NCBI GenBank assembly: GCA_964016885.1 | Contig: OZ024740.1 | Span: 59,520,001 to 59,584,000 of the forward strand | Direction of reading: 5' to 3' | DNA: 64,000 nt | Source of the DNA: Eledone cirrhosa | Lineage: Eukaryota | Notes under the pieces: model-generated | Databases searched by the model: none | What the model saw: the letters and a program-made list of their open reading frames with translations, nothing else | What the model was told of the DNA's origin: nothing | In this document: one piece after another, positions 12,040-20,765 of the stretch | Numbering within the stretch: the stretch's first letter is position 1 | How the letters are laid out: every line of letters begins with the position of its first letter | Translations under genes and position numbers: made by a program

Positions 12040-15000
12040 ATGCATAGACCCATCTCAATCATTACCTTCTTGCTAGCTACCCAACACCCCTCCCTCCCAC
12101 CCCCACACACCACCATTGCTATTACGTGGACCAATCATAAAACAGAGCCCCCACGTATCACCAGTATTATTACGCGGACCAATCAGAAACCAGAGGCCTA
12201 TACTATCGCTTGCCTGGTTGCCTTTCGATATACGATATATGATGGATGGATGGACTGCGGAATCCTGGAGAGTGGAGGTGAGAGAGAAAAATCTGGACGC
12301 TCAGCGACAATGCCAAAGATAAAGACAAATTCACCCCTTGGACGAGAATGCGAGCACTCCTCATTGTTTCGACCGCGGACGGCTAACATAACCCCATCGC
12401 CCCCCGCCCCTCACCGCCCCCAACCCCCAAACGCAATCCAAAACTTCAGAGTTGGTACCATAAATGTAGGCACCCTAAAGGGTCGCGCTAACGAGGTTGT
12501 AGAAATGCTTGAACGTAAGGAGGTCGATGTTTGTTGTATTCAAGAGACCAGGTGGAGGGGTGGGTCTGCTAGGTTCATTGAGGGTAAAAAACGTTGTTAT
12601 AAGCTTTTCTGGGTGGGAAACGACGATGGGCTGGGTGGAGTAGGAATCATGGTAGCAGAAAAGTGGGCAGATAAGATAATAGACGTAAATAGAGTGAACG
12701 ACAGAATAATTAAAATACGACTTGTCCTCAATAGAACTACGGTGACAGTAATATCTGCGTACGCACCCCAATCCGGACTGCCCGGCACTATAAAAGACAG
12801 ATTCTATGAGACACTGATGCTAACTACCTCCCAAATATCCGACAGTGACTATATAATTATCGCAGGCGACCTAAATGGTCACGTTGGACAACATTGTGAC
12901 GGCTACGACGAAATCCATGGAGGCTATGGGTTTGGTACTAGAAATGAGGAAGGCTCCAGAATCCTGGAATTCTGTGATGCAAATAACCTAACTATCTGTA
13001 ACACTAACTTCAAAAAACGTGACAATCACCTGATCACCTATAGATCCGGGGAACACACAAGCCAGGTAGATTATATCCTTACCAGAAGACGTGACAGAGT
13101 GTCTGTTGTTAACACTAAATCCCTCCCCCATGAAGAATGCACCTCCCAACATAGACTGATAATTAGCGACCTCATAGTCAGGACGAGACGTACTCGACAA
13201 CAGAAGAGGACTATCCTCAGGAGGAAAATATGGAAGCTAAAGGACCCCACAGCCAGGAATAAATTTCAAAGCATATTACTTGATGCTTTCGACAGTAAGG
13301 AAGAACATTTAGAGTCGGACAATATAGAGGGAGAGTGGGAATTTCTGAAAGCAAACCTGCTGTTGGCGACAGACGAGGTCTGTGGCTGGAGCAGGCCTGT
13401 AGGCAGGAGGAGAGTAACATGGTGGTGGAACAGTAAGGTGGAGGGGTCAATTAAGGCCAAAAAGCAGGCTTGGAAAGTATGGCGGGATGGGGGAAGTAGA
13501 GAGGACTATCAAGTGGCCAGGAGGGAAGCTAGGAGACAAGTGTACTTAGCAAGAAGGGAAGCTGAGGAAAGAAAGTTCAAGCATGTTCTACAACGCGATG
13601 ACCAAAAACGTGAGGTGTTCAGGATTGCTAGGCAATGCGTCAAGGAAAACCGTGATATTGTCGGGGAGAAGTGTGTACTAAACGACGATGGCACACTTGC
13701 CATCACCGACGCTGATAAGAAGGTAGCTTGGAAGTGTCACTATGAAAGGCTTCTAAATGAGGAGAATAATTGGGAGAAAGGCAGTCTCCCCCATATCGAC
13801 CCAATAGAGGGACCAGCAGTGTTAGTCGAGGGGAGTATAATAAGTAAGGCAATCAAGGATATGAAGACTGGTAAGGCTGCTGGGCCTTCGGAAATAGTTG
13901 CTGAGATGCTGAAGGCATCTGGCACGGTGGGACACACCATGGTCACCCGCATAGTTAACCAAGTCGTACAAAACGGGGTTGTTCCGAAGGACTGGCATAG
14001 CAGCATCATCGTTAACTGTTATAAGGGTAAAGGAGACGCTCTAGATAGGAGTAACTATAGAGGCATTAAATTAATCGACCAGGTCATGAAGGTCACGGAA
14101 AGAGTAATAGCGCAACTAATCAGAGAGAGAATTGACCTAGATGAAATGCAGTTCGGGTTTGTGTCAGGCAAAAGTACCACAGACGCTCTTTTCATAGTAC
14201 GACAACTACAAGAGAAGTACCTAGCTAAAGGTAAACCCCTCTACTTAGCTTTTGTCGACTTGGAGAAAGCCTTCGACAGAGTCCCCAGCTCCATTATCTG
14301 GTGGGCTCTTAGAAAACTAGGCGTTGACGAATGGCTTGTGAGGGCTATACAAGCCATGTATAAAGAAACAGTCAGCAAGGTTAGAATTAACAACGAATAT
14401 AGTGAAGAGTTTAGCGTAAAAGTCGGCGTCCATCAGGGCTCTGTTCTCAGTCCACTACTATTTATTATTGCCCTTCAGGCCATAACAGAGGAGTTCAAGA
14501 CAGGCTGCCCATGGGAACTCCTATACGCAGACGACCTGACACTCATAGCGGAATCAATGGCCGAGCTAGAGAAGAAATTCCAAACATGGAAGCACGGCCT
14601 AGAGTCAAAAGGACTTAAAATTAACCTGGCTAAGACCAAAGTACTAGTTTGTAGGAAAGAAAACAAGGCGGCGGTCCCTTCTGGGAAATGGTCGTGCTCG
14701 GTGTGTAGGAAAGGCGTAGGTAGAAACTCCATTTTATGTCCTAAATGCAAAGTATGGGTGCATAAAAGATGTAGTGGGATCACAGGTAGGCTAACTAAGA
14801 ACATAGATTTTACATGTGGCCGGTGCTCTGGTGCAATAAGTAGCAGCAAGTGCCCACAAAATACTAGCTCTTTCAATTGCGCAGAGGGTTCTATAGAAAT
14901 AGTGGACAGCTTCCGTTACCTGGGCGATAAAATCAGCAGTGGGGGAGGGTGCTCTGAAAGTACTGTAGCTAGAGTCAGAACTGGTTGGAAAAAGTTCAGA

Positions 15001-15480
15001 GAGCTTATACCACTATTAGCTGCTAAAGGGTTCTCACTAAAAATGAAAGGCAGGTTGTACGATGCCTGCATACGAACAGCAATGCTGCATGGCAGTGAGA
15101 CCTGGGCATTGTGTGCAGAGGATATACGCAGACTAGAGAGGAACGAAGCTTGCATGCTCCGCTGGATGTGTAACAGTAATATACGTGAACGGCAAAGCAT
15201 AAACGAACTAAGGAATAAATTAGAGATAAGAGGGATCAGATGTTGTTTACTCGAGAGAAGGCTACGTTGGTATGGACACGTGATGCGCATGAAAGTCAAT
15301 AGCTGTATAACAAAGTGCAGGGCAATAAAGATAGACGGTAGTCACGGAATAGGCAGACCTAGAAAAACCTGGGACGAGCTGATAAACTCCGACATCACAC
15401 ACTTACACCTCTCCAAGACAATGTCACTGGACCGAGACCTTTGGCGGTACTCAGTAACAGAGAAGACCCGCCTTACCTAA
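12040..15480 (+). CDS. RTE ORF: APE endonuclease + reverse transcriptase + internal PHD-type finger; likely start at ATG 12310 (MPKIK)
   Basis: Endonuclease motifs TINVGTL, CIQETRW, SAYAPQ, AGDLNGHVG, SQVDYIL, QHRL; RT motifs FVDLEKAFDRV, QGSVLSP, YADD, FRYLG. The MPKI start is conserved in the copy at 59955. Confidence 0.96.
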   Translation: MHRPISIITFLLATQHPSLPPPHTTIAITWTNHKTEPPRITSIITRTNQKPEAYTIACLVAFRYTIYDGWMDCGILESGGEREKSGRSATMPKIKTNSPLGRECEHSSLFRPRTANITPSPPAPHRPQPPNAIQNFRVGTINVGTLKGRANEVVEMLERKEVDVCCIQETRWRGGSARFIEGKKRCYKLFWVGNDDGLGGVGIMVAEKWADKIIDVNRVNDRIIKIRLVLNRTTVTVISAYAPQSGLPGTIKDRFYETLMLTTSQISDSDYIIIAGDLNGHVGQHCDGYDEIHGGYGFGTRNEEGSRILEFCDANNLTICNTNFKKRDNHLITYRSGEHTSQVDYILTRRRDRVSVVNTKSLPHEECTSQHRLIISDLIVRTRRTRQQKRTILRRKIWKLKDPTARNKFQSILLDAFDSKEEHLESDNIEGEWEFLKANLLLATDEVCGWSRPVGRRRVTWWWNSKVEGSIKAKKQAWKVWRDGGSREDYQVARREARRQVYLARREAEERKFKHVLQRDDQKREVFRIARQCVKENRDIVGEKCVLNDDGTLAITDADKKVAWKCHYERLLNEENNWEKGSLPHIDPIEGPAVLVEGSIISKAIKDMKTGKAAGPSEIVAEMLKASGTVGHTMVTRIVNQVVQNGVVPKDWHSSIIVNCYKGKGDALDRSNYRGIKLIDQVMKVTERVIAQLIRERIDLDEMQFGFVSGKSTTDALFIVRQLQEKYLAKGKPLYLAFVDLEKAFDRVPSSIIWWALRKLGVDEWLVRAIQAMYKETVSKVRINNEYSEEFSVKVGVHQGSVLSPLLFIIALQAITEEFKTGCPWELLYADDLTLIAESMAELEKKFQTWKHGLESKGLKINLAKTKVLVCRKENKAAVPSGKWSCSVCRKGVGRNSILCPKCKVWVHKRCSGITGRLTKNIDFTCGRCSGAISSSKCPQNTSSFNCAEGSIEIVDSFRYLGDKISSGGGCSESTVARVRTGWKKFRELIPLLAAKGFSLKMKGRLYDACIRTAMLHGSETWALCAEDIRRLERNEACMLRWMCNSNIRERQSINELRNKLEIRGIRCCLLERRLRWYGHVMRMKVNSCITKCRAIKIDGSHGIGRPRKTWDELINSDITHLHLSKTMSLDRDLWRYSVTEKTRLT
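12108..12200 (+). promoter_or_regulatory. Two tandem about 49-bp units, each with a GGACCAATCA (NF-Y-type CCAAT) box, in the RTE 5' UTR
   Basis: tattacgtggaccaatcata / tattacgcggaccaatcaga; a single homologous box is retained at about 59843 in the sister element. Confidence 0.5.
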
Positions 15481-15917
15481 ATATATAGTAAAACCTACTC
15501 CAGCCAGTAGGCATCTCTAACAAATACACCCCGTCCCACCACCCCCACCCGATCCACACCACCCCGTTCTATGTAAAGTTATGTTGGTGCCGCGCCATCG
15601 AGGCCGAAACAAATGAGATCGTGTAGGTGTCACGACAAAAAAAACACACAGTCCACGCTGTAATGTGGCCGTGTAGGCAACACGGTAAAAACCTCCCAGA
15701 CCCACACTGTAAATGTGGTTGGTGTTAGGAAGGGCATCCAACTGTAGAAAACCTGCCAGACAGTCCTATGCGAGCAAGACAATCACTCTTGCCTCAAGTG
15801 GGACTACCCCCGTCCAAACCCATGCAAGCGTGGAACACGGACGTTAAACGTTGATGATGATGATGATGATGATATAACACATATATAAGTATAAATATTA
15901 TTATTATTACCATATAT

Positions 15918-16100
15918 TAGGGTGGATTGGTAGTATCGGTAGAGGGTTGGATGCTATGCTTTGACGCACAGAGTTACGGCCCTTGCCATTCTGAGTTCGA
16001 ATCCCGCCGAGGTTAACTTATTGGGGTCGATAAGATAAAATACCAGTAATCCACTGGGTAATTGCTGGCCTTCTGCCAAAAAGTAGAAACAATTATTATT
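15918..16100 (+). mobile_element. SINE family A copy with an internal deletion
   Basis: Same head and tail as other family A copies; flanked by (TTA)n. Confidence 0.8.
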
Positions 16101-16177
16101 ACCATATATATATGTATATATATATAATGATTCTTTGGACTTACATTTATATATATATATATATATATATAGGTAGG

Positions 16178-16391
16178 TAGGTAACACGGTAAAAAGTTCC
16201 CAGTTCCACACTGTAAATGTGATTGGTGTTAGGAAGGGCATCCAGCCGTAGAAAGCCTGCCAGATAGTCCTATAGGAGCGAGACATGGTCACCCGACCAA
16301 CCTTGCCTCAAGTGGCACAACTCCCGTCTAACCCATGTTAGCGTGGAAGATGGACGTTAAACGGTGATGATGATGATGATGATGATGATGA
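16178..16391 (+). mobile_element. RTE 3'-end fragment
   Basis: ggtgttaggaagggcatccagccgtagaaa...ggacgttaaac(gat)n. Confidence 0.85.
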
Positions 16392-16633
16392 TATATGTAT
16401 ATATATATATATATATGGGATAGCAAGTTATCATTTTAGGTAATCCAGTTAGAGGTTGTGAGTAGTCTGTACTATGGATAGTTTTAACGTACGGCGTTGT
16501 TTGACTTAACAAGAGGTTTCCTTAGTTAGGTAACGAGTTTGCGAGAATTCCCATGCAGGTCATTCTTGGAGTAATAGTAGTGAAAGAGTGAAGAAAAACA
16601 TGGTCGGCTGTACAAAAAGGGTTTTATTTATAG

Positions 16634-16742
16634 TATTAACAATTGTTTCATTGATCAGGTGAGTCTAAAGGCCGCCAATCACTCGAAATTGCTTCACTCG
16701 ACCTTAAATACAGTGTGTGTCTCTGATCAAATCATCGGAATA
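16634..16742 (-). ncRNA. Hammerhead-like motif (CCGAUGA core, extended stem II)
   Basis: Minus strand tatt-CCGATGA-t-ttgatcag...ctgatcaa-t-GAAA-caattg-TT-aata. Confidence 0.6.
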
Positions 16743-17642
16743 GTGGAGGGTGTAACACATGGCATTGGTATTTATAGATACATCGGAGAATCAAGTGAAT
16801 GAAAACAATAACATCAATAATAAAAGATAATAATAAAGAAGTAAAAATAAAAACGATAAAGATGTAAAAAATAAGTAAAAAATAAGTACAAAATCCGGTT
16901 GCTGATAATAGTAGTAGTAGTGGTGGTAGTTGAAGTTGTAATGGTGAGTAAGTGGATGTGTAAAATAGTGATGACAGTAAAGATAACAATAACATGAAAA
17001 GAAATACGAAATATATGATATGTAGTATATATATAGTTTATAAATTGGTGAAATAAAATTGGCACAAAACAGCCACCAAGTTCTCTATCTTCAAACCACA
17101 ACCAACATGATTCGATCCAGCAATCTTGGAATTCAGTCGAAACCACCCGAATTTAAATGTACTAGCTTCACACCACTGCACTATTATTAGCTGTCAACTG
17201 ACCAAGCAATCATTAAATCGACATCCTGAATCTCCCAACCTTTCTTTCACTCTCTCTCTATATAGCTGCATCACTTCCATTAAGATAAAACAATCAGTCT
17301 ACCAGACCTTAATCACCCTCTCATATTTTATTGTACCTCTTGCATTTTTATTTCGCCAATTTATAAACTATATATACTACATATCATATATTTCGTATTT
17401 CTTTTCATGTTATTGTTATCTTTACTGTCATCACTATTTTACACATCCACTTACTCACCATTACAACTTCAACTACCACCACTACTATTACTATTATCAG
17501 CAACCGGATTTTGTACTTATTTATTACATCATTTTCATTTTTACTTCTTTATTATTATCTTTTATTATTGATGTTATTGTTTTCATTCACTTGATTCTCT
17601 GATGTATCTATAAATACCAATGCCATGTGTTACACCCTCCAC

Positions 17643-17739
17643 TATTCCGATGATTTGATCAGAGACACACACTGAGTGAAGCAATTTCAAGTGATTCGCG
17701 GCCTTTAGACTCACCTGATCAATGAAACAGTTGTTAATA
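17643..17739 (+). ncRNA. Hammerhead-like motif (second arm copy; stem III mutated to acagttgt)
   Basis: tatt-CCGATGA-t-ttgatcag...ctgatcaa-t-GAAA-cagttg-TT-aata. Confidence 0.5.
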
Positions 17740-17802
17740 CTGTAAATAAAACCCTTTTTGTACAGCCGAACATGTTATTCTTCACCCTTTCACTACTATA
17801 TA

Positions 17803-18237
17803 TCATCATCATCATCATCACTGTTTTACGTCAGTTCTTCCACATTAGCATGGGTTAGATGGGTTGTCCTGTTGTGGGCAGTGTCCGGTTGGCTGACCTT
17901 GTCTTGCTCATATGGGAACTGATTCTGGCTTGATTTCTACAGCTGGATGCCATTCCTAACACCAATCTCATTTACAGTGAGTGCTGGGTGCTTTTTTCTG
18001 TGGCGCCTACAAGACCACTTTACAGTGTGGGCTGGGTGCTTTTTTTGCTGTGGTACCTCCACGACCACTTTGCAGTAGAATGATAGGGACCCTAGTCCTA
18101 TCATCCCATTTCTACAGCTGAGTAAACTGGAGCAATGTGAAATAAAGTGAAACAACACATCACACGGTCTGAGTATTGAACTCACAACCTTTTGATTGCA
18201 AGCCCAATGCTCTAACAACTAAGCCATGTGCCTTCAC
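17803..18237 (-). mobile_element. SINE with tRNA-like head and RTE-type 3' end
   Basis: Minus strand: head ggcacatggcttagttgttagagc...gagttcaatac, body, then the RTE 3' UTR motif aggaatggcatccagctgtagaaa and (ATG)n. Second copy at 25190-25530. Confidence 0.8.
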
Positions 18238-18264
18238 ATATATATATGTAGGGGTATGCAATAT

Positions 18265-18298
<34 letters not shown>

Positions 18299-18306
18299 AT
18301 ATTTTA

Positions 18307-18341
<35 letters not shown>

Positions 18342-18869
18342 GGTAATATATATGGTAATAATATTTAATTTATAGGGAGAGAGTTATGTTTTTGACGCAA
18401 CTGAAGAGTCCTCGCAACTCACTAGTGCTGGTACTATGATAAAATTTACTTGGTAGAGCATGGGACCATATATAAGTGAGATGTGGGCTCTCATCCTGTG
18501 TTGAGCTGTAAAAAAAGACATGATAACCTTCGTAGTGCTGGTGCCATAAGTAAAATTGAGATGGCGGCTCCCTGCCAATCTGAGAGGTCAATAACTCTGC
18601 TTGAGTACTTTCTCAGTCTATGATGACCTGTCCAACCTTTGCTAGTAAGGAAAAATGGATGCTAAATGATGATAATGATGCTGATGAAGATGAAGATATA
18701 CTCATTTAAACTATGGGTACACCAGAGATGCAGCAGAATCACAGACAGGTTGTCAGAGAAGGTCTTTCATTTCATCATTTTCATTTCATTTTACGTCCGC
18801 TTTTTCCCTGTTTTGTATTTAGAAAAGGCACAGGAGTAGTAAGCAGGAAGAGTACTCGTAAAATATATT

Positions 18870-19200
18870 CTTTCAAATACTTGTAAATCACATCTGATTG
18901 TACTTATACTCAGTTTTTATCGTAATCTTAGCAGTTTGCACATTGTACATACCAGTGGACAACACTCCCATCATTCTTTCTAGCATTTGCATACTCTCTG
19001 TTCTCAATGTCTGTTTTTCGCTACTGTGCAACATTGCACTTCATGCACAAGCTCATTCAATCTACCATTCAGTTAGAGAGATAACCCCTTTGTTGCAAAC
19101 TGAGGTAATAGCTCCTTGAACTTTTATAACCCACTTCTTACAAAGTGTACTATGATTTTAAAACTCATTTTTCTGCTCCTAATTTGGTCAGAGTTACCAA
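18870..19200 (-). mobile_element. Old decayed RTE coding fragment
   Basis: Minus strand translates FKELLPQFATKGLSL..GRL, matching FRELIPLLAAKGFSL..GRL of the intact ORF. Confidence 0.6.
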
Positions 19201-20483
19201 CTAATCAGTCCTGAATCTGTAAGACATGGTCACTTGACCTGGCATTGCCCACAACAGGACAACCCGTCTAACCCATGCTAGCGTGTAAACATTGACAGAA
19301 AACAGTGATGATGATGATGATGGTGATGATGATATATGTGTGTGTGTGTGTGTGTGCGTGTGCATGTGTGTGTTGTATTTAAGGAGTGTCATGCTGCTAA
19401 TCAAATGCACATGTGTTATTTTTGATTAGCATGTGTAACCCAGAGTACAATAAAATTTGTTCCATCACATTAAGAGTCTTTCAAAGCAAATTCATAAGTG
19501 TGTGTGTGAGAGAGAGAGAATGCTTGTATGTATGTGTGTGCATACACAAACTTATATACACATACATATATAGTTATTCAAATAACCTCACACCATCCTT
19601 ATCTTCTTTTCCTATGAAAAATTCAAAGCTTGCCCTCTAGAAACATTTCTATCATATATAAATATTTCCTGAGAGCTAACTCTAAAACTTTAACCTTTTT
19701 AAATCCTTTTTGTGACATAACTTTATATGTTTTGAATTGATAATTGCAGGAATACTGTTTGCACAATAAAATAACAACAGTGTAACCTTTCAATTTACTC
19801 ATAACATCTTTGAAATGTATTTATCTTATGTAGGGGTATGCAATCTGGTTTTATCATTTATAGTTCTGGGAAGACAAAATGAAGAAGAAATGAGAAAAGT
19901 CAGTATGACTTAATTGCATCATAGTATCATGGATGTAATCATTGCACCACAGATATACGTTTTATGGCTAATTAAGTAGTAGAAGTTATGGAAATCTAGC
20001 CATTGTATTGTATTATTAATATAATATGGGTGGTGAATTGGCAGTAATGGTAGAGGGTTGGATGCCATGTTTTCTAGCATAGTTACGTCCCTTTACAGTC
20101 TCAGTTCAAATCCCGCCGAGGTTAACTTTGCCTTTCATCCTTACGGGGTCGATAAAATAAAGTACCGGTAATGTACTGGGTAATTGCTGGCCTTGTGCCT
20201 AAAGTAGAAACAATTATTAATATATTTATCTCCATTTCTACTACCCATGTGATACCACATCAAAATGGATAGTATACTAAGATGCATCCCAGAAAAGATT
20301 ACTGGTATGTAATTCTGCAGACATGTTGATCTAATGTTAATATCAGAAAAAGAATCTTTATTATTATCATCATTTATTTCAATAGTTTCATGTATGTTTT
20401 AACTATATCATCAGGTACACTTCCATATTCCTGAGGTCTGTGCAGCATTGTCATTTAAAAGTGTAGAATTTTGTTTATAAGCT

Positions 20484-20765
20484 ACATCATCCTCACCACC
20501 ACCTCCACCACCATCATTACCATCATCATTACCATCATCATTACCATCACTACCACAACCACCATCATCATTATCATCTCCACCACTACCACTGCCACCA
20601 CCACCACAATCATCATCATTATCATCACCACTACCACCATCACCACAATCATCATTATTGTCACTACCACCACCGCTGCCACCACCACCATCACCATCAT
20701 TATCATTACCATCATTGCCGCCACTACCACCACCACCAACACCACCACCACCACCATCATCATTT
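20484..20765. repeat. (CAC/CAT)n low-complexity trinucleotide tract
   Basis: Degenerate CAC/CAT/TAC repeats adjoining a minus-strand RTE-type tail. Confidence 0.9.

Larger units (their letters stand above)
11487..15873 (+). mobile_element. Apparently full-length, coding-intact RTE LINE
   Basis: Tandem-repeat 5' region, CCAAT motifs, single APE+RT ORF, about 370-bp 3' UTR, (ATG)n tail. The 5' boundary is inferred from the repeat; no TSD was recognised. Confidence 0.92.
16418..17799. mobile_element. Penelope-like element remnant with inverted pseudo-LTRs
   Basis: Inverted arms at about 16574-17058 and 17346-17799, each with a hammerhead-like motif followed by aataaa; flanked by (TA)n. Confidence 0.72.

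Noticed and set aside
12040-12309. N-terminal 90 aa of the annotated 1146-aa ORF
   Set aside because: It starts inside the 5' monomer and is not conserved as protein in the 59.9-kb copy; ATG 12310 is more plausible.
11470-15900. Target-site duplications for the full-length RTEs
   Set aside because: No matching direct repeats were found at either full-length copy; the flanks are low-complexity.
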